64,000 nucleotides of DNA from the NCBI GenBank assembly GCA_000320545.1, contig ADNK01002131.1, positions 58,219-122,218 of the forward strand, given 5' to 3'. This DNA is from Bigelowiella natans CCMP2755 (Eukaryota > Protista > Cercozoa). The notes below the pieces were generated by a model. It was not told the DNA's origin, did not search any database, and saw only the letters and a program-made list of their open reading frames with translations. How positions within the stretch are numbered: the first letter of the stretch is position 1; every line of letters begins with the position of its first letter. Of this stretch, positions 20,794 through 35,930 are shown piece by piece. Position numbers and translations under genes: made by a program.

Positions 20794-22542
20794 ATGGCGG
20801 AAATGCAGGAAATGGACGCATCCAGTGCATCTACTCCTCGATCTCGTGCGATGGTGCTCTTGCCAGCATATATCACCGTCTTTGTTGACTTCCTGGGATA
20901 CAGTGCGACGGTACCCCTCTTCTCGTATCCTGTAGCAAATTGTTCCTTCGATGATTAATACGCTCTATTCCCAGGTCGTCGTCCTGCCCTATATTTCTAT
21001 GGAACAGAATGCAACTGCCTTCGAAGTCATGTGCGCCACGGTACTCATCTCTCACACGCTTGTCGACGCAGGATGTGACAGCGTGGCTATATCTGGTATT
21101 TCAGAGCGGGGTCTTCTATGCGGGTCAAATGGCAGGTAGCTTTGTGATGGGGTATGTGTCCGATCATATTGGACGAAGACCTGTCGTACTGGCTTCCTTA
21201 CTCGGGTGTAGTATATCGTATATCTGGTGCATTTACGCGCAGGTCATTCAGCACAGAAAAGAGAACAGTCACGAATTGACACGAAAAATACCGCCAATGA
21301 ATGAATAAACAATGAATAAAAAAGGATGCCTTAGCAGGGGAATCGATTTGTCGGAGTTAGAGAAGGAGGAAGAAGTAATAGACGATAATGAAGTAAAAAG
21401 TGACCAAAAAGCTGTTTCCTTTCTCCCTCGAATAGGATGTCTATATGCTAATGCTGGCTCGACTGTTCGGCGGAATAATGGGCGGTACCTTACCGGTGGT
21501 GCAGGCAATGGTGCTTGACATCGTCACGGTAATAAAAGTGATGATAATAATAATAATAATGTTAATACTAATAACAATAGGCAGAAGAAGAAGAAGAAGA
21601 AGAAGAAGAAGAAGAAGAAGCGGAGAAGTGACACAATAAAGCAGATGCAGCCGATCACACTGGGACAAACATGAATATTTCTTTTGCTGAGCAAATATGC
21701 GTGCAGGACCCAGAGGAGCGAGCTGGTTGCCTCAGTCGCGTCAATGCGTCCTTTGGAATGGCATTCGCGGTATGAATTTCTAGCAGTGCTTTAATTTTTA
21801 TTTCTCCACGTGGGAGAAAGCAGCAGCAGCAATCTTTTACATTATGACACCGATGACGACGATGACCGTAATTCGGTTCGTTGGAAGGATCGATGATACG
21901 TCCAACAAAACACAGCTTCTTCCACCATCTTTCACCCCTCTCACTCCGTCCTTTCCGTTGGTCAGGTAGGCCCAGCGCTTGGTGCAGGCGTGAACGAGCT
22001 CTTCGGGAAGAAGGCTGTTTTCGTTGTGGTGGCCGTACTCGGTTGCATTTGCTCTGCATTTGCGGGGTACATGCTGGAGGAGACCCTCGACGTCTCGCTC
22101 CCAGGAAACGCCTCGAGGAGGATAGGGAGGGGCACTGCAGCATCACTGCAAAGAACCGTGTGGCTAGCATCCGCTGCCATGCTAATGACCGGTACAGCAC
22201 ATCGCGTGCGGACGTCTTGAAGGATTTGGCTTTGATTCTCTTCATCCTTCTTATTTACACAATGTATTAGCGTACGCGTTCTCTGCATTGACGTCCGCCC
22301 TGCCCCTGTTCTACGTGCCTATGTACCATTGGGGACCGCGAGAGTTGGGGATGGTGGCGACTGGGTTCGGACTCAGCATGGCCTTTTACAACATAATGGT
22401 TACGAAGCCGATCATAAAACTCTTTGGAGCGCCACGAGCCAGTGAGTTAGTAGTAGCATAGGAGGGGGTGTACAAGCTTGAATTAGACTTTAGGAGTTGA
22501 GTTCTTGCAGTAAATTAACATGAGAGAGTGGGAGGGATGAAG

Positions 22543-22627
<85 letters not shown>

Positions 22628-24142
22628 GGAGAGGGTGGGGGGGGAGGGAGCAAGCCATATTTCTTTATAGCTCCTCGCCTCAATTTCCTTGCTTTCGTGT
22701 CGTGGCCTCAAGAGTCTGGCCGTTCATTCGAAGTCACGAATGACGATAACATCCACTTTAGGCATGTTCGCTTCAATGTTAATGGGGACGGCGGTGTTGG
22801 TATGCTCCATGGTGCCCTTCCCGTTCGTGCACGTCATTTTCATGCTATCTGAATTTGCAATCGGATGGTACGGTCTAAGCATTGATCTTATAACAATAAT
22901 TCCAACAAGAAGTCGTAGTTTGGGAGCGTAAATCCCTTGCAACGTGGAATGTGATACCCCTGCTGTTCTTATTGATTTCCACAGGGCATTGCAGCTGCCG
23001 GCTCTGAGCGAGATGATTGCGAAGAAGGTCTCTCCTGAGCAGCGCGGGGCGGCGATGGGAATGCTAGTGTCCGCACTCTCTCTTGGCCGTGCTGTGAGCC
23101 CGTTTACGACAGGATACTTGTAAGAGAGCAACTAGAACCAATTCCACTTGAAAAATAATGGGGAGTTCCCTTCCCGCTTCGATATAATGCATATTAATAT
23201 AACAGTGAGATGTTCATTGGTCAGTCTCGATTTGCGACACGGCGGCTTAGAATAGATTGATTTCTAGCGTCGTCATCATCTCGCCGCCGTCCTCCCCGTG
23301 TAGGTATAAGGCCAGTTGGCTCGTGGCACCATATACCGAGCAGGACGTTTTTGATCCAACGATGCGAGAGGTGTCGATAACCAATCCCATTATTACCATC
23401 AACATCATCATGAATATCGACTATCTGTCGCTTTGATGAGCAAAGGAGGAGGAGGAGGAGGAGGAGGAGGAGGAGGAGGAGAAGAAGAAGTGTGCTAATG
23501 ATGATTGCGTCTATAATGCTATGCCGCTAACAATGATGGGCTGTGTGGAGCTGCGATGTGTAGTTATAAAAGCTGAAATGACCCATTTTTTATTTTAGCT
23601 GAGATGACCCATATTTTATGTGTATTTTTCTTATCCTTTCGCTGTTTTACTTTACTTAAAACTATTACTACGACTACTATTACCATTCGTGCTACTCTTC
23701 GATAGACGGTGCCCTTCAGCTACGCGCCATTTGTTGTGTCCGCGGGATTATGCTTAATCGGGATCGCCGCGATTGCAGCAGAGTATATTGCAGATAATGG
23801 AGGTAATTGCCTGCATCATCATTTCACACATCTAGGACAATATATTGTCAACTGTATTAAGTACTTTGGAGAACTATAATACAAAGCATCAGACGAAAAA
23901 ACAACGATGCAAGTTGTTTAGGATACTCCGCATGTATCGGTGTCTTTAGCAATGCAAAAAATCATACACGATCACCTTATTCCCCAGTCAACACTTGGCT
24001 CCCATTCACCTATGAAAATGATCTGATTTTTCTATCCTCGGGCACTCTTTCGATCACAGTCGCAGGTTTGTTTTCTGCTGTGGGTTCGGAATCAGATTAT
24101 CTGCTGCACCAAGGAGAGAAAAATCGAAAGCTTCAAGCGTGA
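20794..24142 (+). CDS. Major facilitator superfamily transporter, DHA1/TetA-like (multi-exon; last exon tentative)
   Basis: Exons MVLLPAYITVFVDFLG; GYVSDHIGRRPVVLASLLG (motif A); LARLFGGIMGG; PEERAGCL; FVVGPALGAG (motif C); SPEQRGAAMGMLVSALSLGRAVSP. Confidence 0.9.
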
Positions 24143-24210
24143 TGCGTGGATGAAAAGGATGCGAAATGGGCGTGTCTGCTACAAAATGCCTGCTTAATTT
24201 AAACAAGTCA

Positions 24211-24248
<38 letters not shown>

Positions 24249-24924
24249 GAAACTAGTGAATATGAGAACAATGTGTATATAAGTACGCACAAGTTATTGC
24301 TGCAAAATGTTGACCATGCTAGCATGCCTGCGCATGTTGTGTGCTCTACGAGTACGGCTGCGTGTACATGCTCTTTCTTGCGGTCACTTTGGAACCTAGA
24401 TGCGTAGGAGCACCGTTAGTTGTGTGAGTGTGTTCATCCGCCAGCGAATATTTGTTAGAAAGACAGAGCGCACACACATTACGTGCAGCACAATAGCATG
24501 CGACCTAATGGCCACTCTTGACGGAGTTAGTACGAGCGATGACATGACAGCACATTGGCGCTGGATGGCTTTTGCAGCGTGGTTTGTCCGGCTCAGATGA
24601 GAAAACGTTCCATAGGTGGTCAAGTAGCACAACATTACTGCGCGCGCTATGATGCCTAGAATGCGCAATGCTTTAGTCTAGCTTTGTTGGGTAGAAAGTG
24701 AAGCGAGCACAGAAGCACACTAGCACACGCACACGTGAGAAAGAAGCAATGCTATGATGAATGCATATAATCGTGCCATTGTTTGACCTCATTAAATTAT
24801 AAGTTGGCCTGCGAGCCTAGCTTATGAGACGGTGTCGGACAGATTCAAGCGGATTGATTCTATGATCGCTGAACCGTCATGCTGAATGGAACTTTGTCAT
24901 TACCTCGCCTTGCAGCAATAATCC

Positions 24925-25797
24925 CTAGGTTTTGTCAACTACGAGTGTGACACGCTTCCCAATGGCCACTCTCTTAGCCTGTTTTTTTTCCTTCTCCTGG
25001 ATCTCTTTCTCTTTCATAGGCCGAAGGAGCTTGTTTCGAGTTCGTGGGGGATCGATTTTCCCGCTATTTATTAAAATTTGTTTCATGGAAGGCGTCAGGT
25101 CATCATCTTGTTGTATCTTCTTCTTTCTCTCTCTCTTTATGGTCCTCTTCGCGGGCTTTTGAGCTACATGAGTGCTTTTCGGAGCAACGAGCTCCACTGC
25201 TGACGTCGGCGACCGCGTCGGCGTTGAATTCTGTGAAATGCCTAGCGGGTGTAGCTTCCGCTGCTTCGACCCGCTGCTCCCGCCGCCATTTTTCTTTGTC
25301 GCCATGTCCACACTTAGGTGCTTGTTATCCTCCTCGGGGATCGCTGGCACGTCTCTCGACAAACTTCCTGCAGGATTGTTCCTCATCCCAAGCCGTCCAT
25401 GGTCCGTTGTGTCCCCGAGCTGCAGGTGGGAGTGGCCGTTGTACTTATTCTTACCGCTCCTTGCTTTGCTCTGGCTTTTGGCCTCCCTGTCGATCACGGC
25501 GCTCAGGTCGAAGTGCGACTCCATACCGGCTAATAGGTGTTCCAGGTGTTGCGAGGGTTCTCTGGTAATCGGACGCTGCGCCATGAGGAGCAGCGAGAGG
25601 TACGTGTCGTCTTGGGCAAAGTCGAAGGCCGACTGGTAGTCGTTGTCCAGCAGCCTGACGCTGGCCCTGGCATGTAGAAGAAGCTCGATGACCATCTCGC
25701 TGCGGGAGATTCCTGAGGGAGCGAGGAGGAGCACACACACACACGCGCGCGCGCCACAAGTAAGTAGGTTCCAATGTTGTCAACAGCACATGTGTGT

Positions 25798-25841
<44 letters not shown>

Positions 25842-26174
25842 ATATTCACACACACACACACACAAGAGTTATCATCGCATACTTGATTCCATTTTCTTGT
25901 CGGCGTGTGCTCCTGACTGTTGATGAGGCTGGTGCTCCTTCGTGTCGTCGAGAATCGAATTCGTATTCCATCGCGTCCCCATCCCTGAAGACCGCGGGTA
26001 GACAGTAATATAAACAAAATACAGAGGGAGAGAATATCAGCCTGAAGGACCAGAACAATGGTCTATACACCCAGCACCGACGACAAACATGTAAAACATG
26101 CTCAAATAACTTGTGCCGACGAGTGCACCCAAACGCGCACGCTATGAAATGTAGCGCATGCTGCATGCTGCAGC

Positions 26175-26205
<31 letters not shown>

Positions 26206-26916
26206 GCGTGTGCGTGTGCGTGTGTGCGTCTTCCTATGTAAGCGTTTCTTTTGTATGAGAAGTGTGACAGTACGGGTGAATGGTTTCATAGTTTGCATTC
26301 GAGCGACGTTGCCGAGCCTTGAAACAGATCGAGGCCCCGCGATCGAAGCCCCACCCCCCCTCTCGGCGCGTCGCATCGTCCGATCATGCACCGATTTCGG
26401 CACGACCATTAGGATGGAGCTCGAGTGTACGCCGTTTTGCTTTAGCGTCAGCTCGCTGTCCAGCTTTTTGGGCGGCTGTGAGATTGGGGAGGGGAGGAGG
26501 GACCGGGGGACGGGGGGGGGGGGATGGGAGACGATAGAGACAATCTTTATTTTTGGATCTGTGTTGTGGGAAGAAGGAGCAGACTGTTCATGCGGGGAGG
26601 GGTTGCTTGCCGCATGGAACACCGAAAAGTGCATATTACGGAGGAGCAGAGGAGTCTCTTCTAATGTTGTCGAGACTGCAGCAAGGAAGCAGGGAGCGCA
26701 ACTTGCTATAGAGCTTGGACAACATCCAACATTAGTAATGAGTACCTGCTCGCGCTTATTCTTCGCAAGTAAGCAATATCGGCGCTCTATTTCCTTGGAA
26801 TCCTTTTGGGCCAAATTGAGTCGGTCACGCATCTCGACCTGTTCGCACAACAGCACGTGCACAGTTGCTCAGGGAGAAGTCCACGTCGAGGCAAGCACAA
26901 CGACGATTAAAGGACA

Positions 26917-26963
<47 letters not shown>

Positions 26964-27374
26964 GGCCCTGCTACGTGCTTCACATCTAAGACTCTCTTTT
27001 GACAAATTCGATTCGCTGAGCAGAAGTCAGTAGCACCTTATGCTCGTAGCAGCTCTTGCACACGCTGGCGGTGTCGTCTGAGTGTAGCAAATTGTGTTAA
27101 AAAAAGTGGGAAATGTAATCGAGCCACCAAAGCTTTCGTTCAGCTTAAATAGACTTTTTTGGATATGCGGTGTTTCGAGTCATAGGAATGATAACTACCG
27201 TTGGTGGAGAAGCGAACTCCCCGTATGGGCTTCATCTTACACTTGAAGCATATGTGCTTATAGTGCACAGCCTCCTGGAAGGAAGTGATGTGGCACGGTG
27301 ATGTGGACGGAAGGAGGGGGGGAGAGAAAAGGGCAATGGAGAAACCAGATGTGCGCATGTTCTATCAATCAAAA

Positions 27375-27427
<53 letters not shown>

Positions 27428-27930
27428 TACAAATACAAACACGCATACCTCAACGCCGAGGCGTGCGTCCTTATCTGCCAGCGCGACGAGCAAGTCCTCT
27501 GGTTTCTTTAGAGTGTCAAACTTGCGAAGCTGCAGCATAACAGGGAGGATTAGCAGAAGAGGAGGAGGAAGGAGGAGGAGGAAGGAGGAGGAGGAGGAGG
27601 AGGAGGAGGAGGAGAAGGAGGAGGAGAATGTGATTCGAGTGTGGGTGAGAAATGAGAGAACTACCACAACAACTAACACACGCGATAAATCAATATTTAT
27701 GTATCCTTAATAACCCACATTTCCTTTTACGATAATAGTTCCTACCTTGATTATCCGCTCCTCGCCGCTCATCTCGTCGGCCTCCAAGACGGTGATATTC
27801 AGGTCGAAGTAAACCAGTGACTCCATGCGACTCCGCGGTAGTAGATTCTTCAAACAACGCGCACACAACACAGAGATCATCAATCGATGAAAGTCCATAA
27901 CCAGAAAAAAATTATAATCTCCCGCCGGGC
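24925..27930 (-). CDS. Multi-exon protein with ZZ zinc finger, ubiquitin-like segment and C-terminal ankyrin-like repeat; 5' exons may extend to about 30400
   Basis: HYKHICFKCKMKPIRGVRF (about 27200-27280) spliced to DTASVCKSCYEHK (about 27035-27080). ELTLKQNGVHSSSILMVVPK is Ub-like (inference). Last exon 24925-25712 has MVIELLLHARASVRLLDNDYQSAFDFA. Confidence 0.6.
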
Positions 27931-30900
27931 TAATATTGACTAATTTTCTCTTTTGGTCTCCGCACTGTTGATGTACGCGCACCCCTCCTCCTCCACCCTC
28001 CCACCATTATTACTACTTGTACCCACCCCAAGCTACCCTCCCCCCCCCCCCCCTTATCACCTGAGTGTCTCTAGCGGCCATGCAAGCATTCATAAGGGCT
28101 GTTCTGCCCGAGACGTCGCGCGCATTAAGCCATTTACGAAATTTCTTCGATGGTTCTCTCGCCCAGCGACGACGCGCACCCTCCAGAAGCTCACGAACGA
28201 CCTAGCAAATAGAGGCATGCAATGAGTCTTTCTTGCTGTCAAAATCAAGTGCATGTTATGAGCGACAGCTTCATTCTTCTTTAGTTTGATGCTGGTTGGG
28301 GATACGGTGAGGTGGTGGTGGGTGGGGGTGGAACGGAGGAGCTGCATGCACGAGAGGCGATTGGGGAAAGGTTGTGGTGCTTACTTCAAAGTTCCCCGCT
28401 GTAGAGGATGCAATCATCAATGCGTCTCTCCTTAAAAAAACACAACAAAAATACATCATTTTCACTGATTTTGTACCCCCCGCGAAACGGTGAAAGGCTC
28501 CTTAAAAGACACACCACAGATCCTCGGTGTACTGCTGGGATAATTTGTTGGATAAAAAAGAGACTGGAAGGTGGCCATGCCTCCGTCCCCGCCCCCCCCC
28601 CCCCCCCCCCCCCCAATACTCCCTCCTCATTCTTGTTTTCTCCCTTTGGTCATGCAGCACCGAAGTTGTTCTTGAGCTCCAAGTCCGCATGGTGATTAAT
28701 AAGATAGCGGACAACCTCGAACGCACCGCATCGTGCAGCCGCCATAATAGCCTGGAAGAAAGTGTTACACAGCTTTTCATATCTCGAAGGAAGCTTACTC
28801 ATAGGCTAAAATGTGCTAGAAGCAGAGCCCTAATGATTTCGCAACTACGACACATGATATCCGATATCATATATCTTTGAACAGACAGATCAACGTGCAG
28901 GCGCTTGCGAGGTAGTGGATATTTGCGGGAGATCAGATGTCATCCCATTCTAGGAAATGAGAACAGTCCGCAACGAAGAGTAAAGTCTCCACATGGATCC
29001 AGATAAATTGGATTCATCGATGTTTCAGCTTCGGTGCGGTAAACCTTGATTAATTGTTACAACAATCTATCTATTCTTTACCGTACTGTCGTCCCAATCT
29101 CTGAAGTTAACGATCCCCTAACGATGATACCGACAGAAACACGCCGTGTAAGGTTAGTAAGCTGTAGCAAAGAATAAACGGCATCGCATTTCCACTCAAC
29201 TTCACTCGCCCACTACCAATATCCATGATTTTAAACTGTTTCGGTGCTAAGGTTCATCATCACCACCACTGACATCTCATAGTATTGATCATATCAGCAG
29301 TGGCAGCAGCATCGAAGCTAGTGGGGCATGAGTCATCATCATCATAATAATAATCGCAACCGGGCGTTTTTGGAGTAACTGGTGGATCTTCTGAATCGAC
29401 GACGGCATAGTCTGGCGACTCTGTACACATTTTAGGTAGTGGTACGAGTTGTGGTATCAGCAGTACATTCCTCGCTCAGTGATGACAGAGATGAAAGGAG
29501 GGATAGATGACGACGACGAAGAGAGACAAAGGAAAAAAAAACCATTCTTGCAAGTGTCACGTCGGTCAATTTTTAGAATCAGGCTCGTTGGGGTTCTTTC
29601 CTTCCTCCCCTCTCCCTTGTCTCCTCGTGTTTCGTGTTCGCTGCCTTATGATGGCCGATGATTTCAACGTTGTCCTTTCTCATGATCCTGCTCATGTTGT
29701 ACTGGTGCTGCATCGTTATCTGATGACATGTCATTTTCATTTTATAAGGTTCTGCAGACGGAGGGGGTCGGAGGGGGGGGGGGGGATACGAAGCCTGAGA
29801 AATATAAGGAAACACTTCAAAACTGACTTTTAATTCGCTCTGGTGCGTTGACTCGACGAGGCCCACCATTAAGTCCATTTTCTCCCTTGCTCCAGGGAGC
29901 ACTAGCACACGATCGCCTTTGGCAACCTTACGTTCCTGGCCAACACAGAAAAATATAGCTTTCAATAACTCTCATGTCATAATTCAATGTTTGATAGCTC
30001 TAGTAATTAAGAGCGAAATTCAGCAGCCGTGGAGGTGTCCTCAATCCACCCTCTTCATTCAATCGTCTCTAAATATATAGAGACCTGGCACAATTGGATA
30101 AGCTCACATCCTTTCATTCGCATCAATGAGGATCGGTTTCCGAGAAGAAGTCGGGCCGCTTGAATGGTATTGTACTGAGAACCATGGCGTAAGACTAATT
30201 TAGCGCTGTGGACGAGTGGGAGAGATCCCGTCAGTATGTTTCATGTTACTAGACCAACATACCGATCTGAGCATTTTCCAGTTGGAACTTTTAGAGATGC
30301 TGATACTCTTTCGGTGGCCCCCCTTGCGTACACTTCCTCTACGTTTTGTTTTCTCTCGTGCGCCCTCCGCAGAAGTTTGTGCCTGGAAAAGGAAGGAAGA
30401 CAGTCGGCAATGCAATTAACATATGACTACTCAGGGCATGTATTGAGAGATTAAATCCTTTTATCTCTTCGTTTACACATATCCATCGCACGTTCAGTGT
30501 GAAGTTCAATATAACATGTCCCCAAATGCCACACGATTGACGAAACTACTCTGGCTCACACAAATTGGGGGAGCGAGCGACAATCAAGTGATTATGGTTC
30601 CCCACACCGTACCAGAGTGCCCTTAAGTTTTCCATCGTCTCTATCCTGAGATAATCGTGTTTTCTTGAGGGATGTTGGGGAGGAGGACGCCATGGTCTAT
30701 GTATTCTCAGTGCTGTCGGCTAGCGGAGCTCCTGCTGCTCAGTCCTCCATCCTCAAGTCAAAACGGGATTACCAGAGATGCATTACTGAAAACCACCACG
30801 AGTTCTGCAAGGCGTCAATGTCATTTGCATTTTTTTAACCCAAAAAAGAACGGCGATCTTTGTTTATCTTAGTCTTCCGATTTGCTTCGCTCCGGCGTCG

Positions 30901-31125
30901 TTTTGCTGCAGTTACGGCCGAAAAATGATGTCGCTTTTTCCGAAAAGGATGAAATTTGCCAGGGCCAATTATTCCTTGTCGCATGGTCGAATATTGAGGG
31001 AATTCTTTCTATTTCTTCAAATCCGGACTACGAGCTCGTACTACTCGTACTGCCACGAGCGTGCAAGATGGAGGATCAAGCAGCTTGATGATCGCAGGCG
31101 TCCTCCTTCACAAAGTTCCGCTCTA

Positions 31126-31425
31126 ATGAGACCCTTGCTGCTACTGTGGACTCTATTTGTTCCACTTACTTTGGTGACGCCAGTCATTGAATGGAGTCCT
31201 CAGCGATCGCGCGTGTTGCCCCGGAATGCTAATGGCAGGATTGTGTTCATGAGGCAGAGAACAATCGCTCACCAGACTAAGAAGAATCGCTTGTACTTGC
31301 CAACACAAGAGAAAATTACGCAATCTCATCAGTATAAGGAAGTTAGGAAACTTGAAAAAGTCGCGATGGCCAGGGGCATCACAGGGCCTGAGGCAGGAGT
31401 GGTAGCACTGGACACCCCCTCTTAA
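31126..31425 (+). CDS. Possible small secreted protein (99 aa)
   Basis: MRPLLLLWTLFVPLTLVTP is signal-peptide-like, followed by a basic open frame. No homology recognised. Confidence 0.3.
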   Translation: MRPLLLLWTLFVPLTLVTPVIEWSPQRSRVLPRNANGRIVFMRQRTIAHQTKKNRLYLPTQEKITQSHQYKEVRKLEKVAMARGITGPEAGVVALDTPS

Positions 31426-31847
31426 CTTCCTTCAAGCGCTAAAACCCACTTTTCCCATTTTAAATTTTTGGTCGTCATGAAACAAATCCCTTTCATATAC
31501 AGCCTGACTGTCCTGACCTGGTATTGTTCGATATCGACGGCCTGGCTCTCAGTTATGACGATGGACGCGCTGATGCTGCCCTCGTTCAAGGTTAAATGAG
31601 GACGGTTTACATCGACGGATCTCATTAGATGTTGCTGTTTATTGCTGATTCTAATTTTACCATGATTCTATAATTTCGTAGAAGACTCTTCTGTTCACTT
31701 TGCTATCTCCAACAGCAGATCTATCATCTTGAAAATATACTTGTGTTTGATGTTGCAGACACTCGATCTGGGCTAATACTACTCATCGACTTGCTTCAAA
31801 GCAATTTTGTGCGCGTTGGATTCTTTTCTACAGGTGACAGTAAATGT

Positions 31848-31890
<43 letters not shown>

Positions 31891-34297
31891 ATAATATATA
31901 TATATATATATATACCAGCTTTAATTTCAGTATCATAGTGAAACGTTCATTGTACACAGAGGCAGAATCGCTAAAAGAATCTATCAAATTGTTAGCAGAG
32001 GTCATTTGAAAATATGCTAGTAAAATTCATAACTTATTTTATGTGCATTGTATCTTACTTCCCATTTTCTTTGTGTCAGGAAACAGGCAATCCCGACATT
32101 GCAGACGAGTGCGGCTATTTTACTTTCGTAATCTTAAGACAGAGAACATCGATCGTTCCTTTTTTTTGGCAAACTACATTCCTTATTTCACTAATATCCT
32201 GGATATTTGTGATGCACGCACATATGTCCATGCGTATAGAGTTGGCTTTTTCTCGATGAGGAAGGAGAAGCTCCGGGGTGACCAAGGTGTTAGAATTAAG
32301 ATTAATTGTCCAATAAATGCAATGATGGTAGCGTCCGCATTTCTTGCTATTACGAGTACTGCGATAGTCTTATTCATATATGTAACGTGGATGTGTTGTT
32401 TTTTCAGAAATGATAGAAAACTCCATTGATGCGTATATATCGAGTCTCTCAACTCCCTCTCCAAAAGTCTGTCATTCCAATACGGAGCAATCGTGGGATG
32501 AAATCTACTTTTGTTTTCCAACTATAATTGAATGCATAGCGATATTTGAAGGAACGTACTTTTCACTGATTTTGCTGCAAAATACTCAATAAGTGGAAAT
32601 ATGTGCATGGGTGCGTGGATGTGTTATGCGAATTTTGTGTACTCTCAGGTTCTTCTTCTGGTGTCAAACAATTCGTCATTCTTGCGGTGGATTGCACCAC
32701 ATTATGCATAAGAAAAGAAAATTAATTCGGAGATCCCGACCTCCATTATTGTGCAGAACTAAATCGACCAACTTGCATCGAATGATTAATGGTGCTTTAC
32801 CGTGCCTCAGGCCACAACAGACGTCAAATATTAACCAAATATGACTGATCGTATAATCTTTAATATGTTTAATTTTAGTATTGCGGGTGTAGCTAACATC
32901 GCTGGAAGTAATATGGTTTCGACGTGCTTGCTCCGATCATATTCTGAAGGCTCCGGAAGTGGTAGCAGTTATAGCATCGATATCCCCACGAAGATTGTTA
33001 GCACGATGATCAGATGGGAAAGCAATGATTGGCGCTGTGTTTTTGAATCAGGTGAAGGAATAGAAGAAGATAGTGAAGAAGAAATAACCGAAGCTGCAAG
33101 AGGTACACAGATATGTGGAGATATTTTTTTCCGAAAACATGGCTACATTAAGTTTACGGAACCTACCACACCACGATTTTCCCTTATTTCTGTTCTACTG
33201 TGCTTCCATTGGTCCTCTCTGCGGGAGCAATATTGTAGGCCATCCTAAGTACAAACACTCACTGCTGCGCTGTGTGATATCTTCACTGTTAGCGACAGCG
33301 ACATCTTCCGCAGAGCGACCGTCGTATACTTACGAAGTCGGAAGTTTGTTCGAACTTCGAGCACTACTTACGTGCCAGATCGGGGCAACTTGGAAATGAT
33401 ATGCAGACAAGCGATTGTCAGTCTGGCGATACCACGCATACTGCGAACTGCCAATGCGCGAAGCGGTAGCTATACGTACTGTCGAGACTTTAAATAGTTT
33501 ATGTAACTTGAGCCTTAGCGTTGCGCCAATATGGTTGCTCTTATAGTATATAGTCAATATTGCACGCCTGTATGCATACGATACGTAGCTGTATTGTGCA
33601 AAATAAGCTATGCATGGTAATACCTTGCATCTAGCTAGCTGTGGGCCAATATATATATAGCATTGCGCGCACAAATTATTTAATAAAGCATGGTTTGTGC
33701 AAAACCCACTAGTTGCCGGATTTGACGGAGTTGTGAATTTGATTGATTGCATCCATCCGTCTCGATCACATGTGACACATCCTTGCTATGATGGCATTTA
33801 TTCTACATTCTAGCTGCGCTATATGATGTCACCTAGTATACTAGCGCACACATATACGTGCATATGGTGTGATAGTTTGAAGGCACTTTTGAGTGCATGC
33901 ATGGCATCGCAGTAGCTTCCGGCATGTAGCAGCGCATGCACATCCCCATGTGTTCTGGATGTGCATGATGCTTTGCATTGCTTCCACCGCACCGCTAATA
34001 ATTAAACGCTCCGTTCATTTGGTGAGAGATCTATTGATTGTTTTTTTACTAAGAAATATCTAATGTGATAACGCTGACAACGGTGGTATGTAGATGACTA
34101 CGCATCCAACGAAGGCTAGATTCTTGTAAGCAGGACCGACATGACGGCAGTATCAAGGGGATGGATAGTCTGGCTTAAAATTTGCATAGCTAGTTGATCG
34201 TGATGGCAGTCTAGTAGTTACCAATCACAATGAGCTCTGGTCAGCCTATGTATCATTTGTTCATCGCCCCAAAATCTCGAGCAGAGAAGGCCAATCT

Positions 34298-34681
34298 TCA
34301 CCTGAACTTTCGTCTCAGGTCGTGATGTTTACGACTTGTCTGGGCTCCTGTTCTTGTGCGATAAGACTTTCTAGGTCTTCTTGCCGAGACGGGTTTTGCA
34401 GATCTACTCGTGTTCAAAGGCTCACGTGGTCCAATGAGCTGATCTATTAGTTTTGTGATACGGTTCGCCTCTTCAATGTAAACTTGCGATTGTATCTGTG
34501 AGAAATTCGGATTCAGAGAGGTGATAAAAATGTGGACATAGTTACATACCTGCACTTCTCTTATCCTCGTGTACTTTGTATTGGTAGTCACTTCGTGCAG
34601 ATCCTCTTCAGCTTTTCTAATTTGCTCTTCTAAACTCCCTATCCTTTCATTCAAGCTGAAGAGTTTATTTAAAATTCCCAA
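34298..34681 (-). CDS. 3' exons of an IQCE-like coiled-coil protein (54-nt intron 34496-34549)
   Basis: Spliced LEEQIRKAEEDLHEVTTNTKYTRIREVQIQSQVYIEEANRI resembles the IQCE coiled-coil pattern K.T...E.......YYEE..RL. GT-AG intron is in frame. Upstream exons not resolved. Confidence 0.5.
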   Translation of the reverse strand: MGILNKLFSLNERIGSLEEQIRKAEEDLHEVTTNTKYTRIREVQVCNYVHIFITSLNPNFSQIQSQVYIEEANRITKLIDQLIGPREPLNTSRSAKPVSARRPRKSYRTRTGAQTSRKHHDLRRKFR

Positions 34682-35930
34682 TTAAAAACAGCACATTCTC
34701 CCGGCAAACTTGCAAATAGAAAATTCACAGTATCTCACAATGTATTTAAACTTTTGTCTTTTCGTGCTTTCAATGAAACAAGACTAACGATATGATGATA
34801 CGTATTCGTTTTGTTCGGAGCTACCTCCCGATGGAGACCATATCGCTTTTTATTTCCTGGAGAAGCCGGGGAGTGGTCTCGGGCTGTTCCGGTGTGAGGG
34901 ATAGAACGCGGTAGATCGATCTGTCCTTTTTTTTTACTTGGTGTGTAAGTCGCTGAATACTGGTTTTCAGTTCTTTGTTCTCTTGTTTCAGCCGCACATT
35001 CTTGCGTTTGATTGTGAGTATATCCCCGTAAAGATCCTTTTACCAAAATGTATGTGGTCATGTAATCTAGATAAATTAATTCTGATTTTAAGTTCCTCAT
35101 CACCTACAACCCAGAATTTACGCTCTCATATTTTGGAAAACCCTTACCAGTGAAATACTTCATTAAAGTAAATTCCTCTGCTATTATACTGCAACTAGTA
35201 AAAATAAATCCTTACAAGGAATTTCGCAATAAAACATGTCACTCAAAATTTATTTTCCTTTTCCAAACAGTTCCCCAGCATGGGTCATTTCATTTCGAAC
35301 CTCTGCACTCTGGGCTCTCTTCGACTGCTTGCTGCTTGAAGCGGGGTTGTAAGGCGAAACGAACTTACGTCCTCTCCTCATTTATTTTAATATGTGTATA
35401 CAAATATTGTTCCAGCGTCCTAGGAGGCACGGATGAAGGGAATGGGTTGCTAAGCTTGTTTGGGGGAAACACCTTCCCTCCCCACAGACAGAGGGAGGAG
35501 CGATGTTGTTTCCTTTATGAAGTAGAATTGTTGTAGAGTAGAGACCATAAACGACATACTTTTTAGGTTGTCGCAGAAAAATAATAACAGTAGCCGTTTG
35601 GCGTTTGGAAAATTGCGTATGGTTGCATCTCACTGATTAATATTTCGGCGCTCATCTCGTCAGCCTTATATTGAAATCAGTCGTCGGCCCAAAACGCCTT
35701 ACGTTAGAACATGATATTAGGGAAAATGGAGCATTTCAGTCAATAAAAGGTCGGGTATATTACAAACTCGACAACACAAGGCACCTGCTTTCTATCTGAA
35801 AAAGATCTTTCCCGTTGTGGTTTAATTAGGTAGTAGATAGAAGGCATTTTATAGGTGAGACATCGTACTGTCGATATCGTAGATTACTGAATCCCCTGTT
35901 TACAAGGCGAATCCAAAAAATCGGGACGTC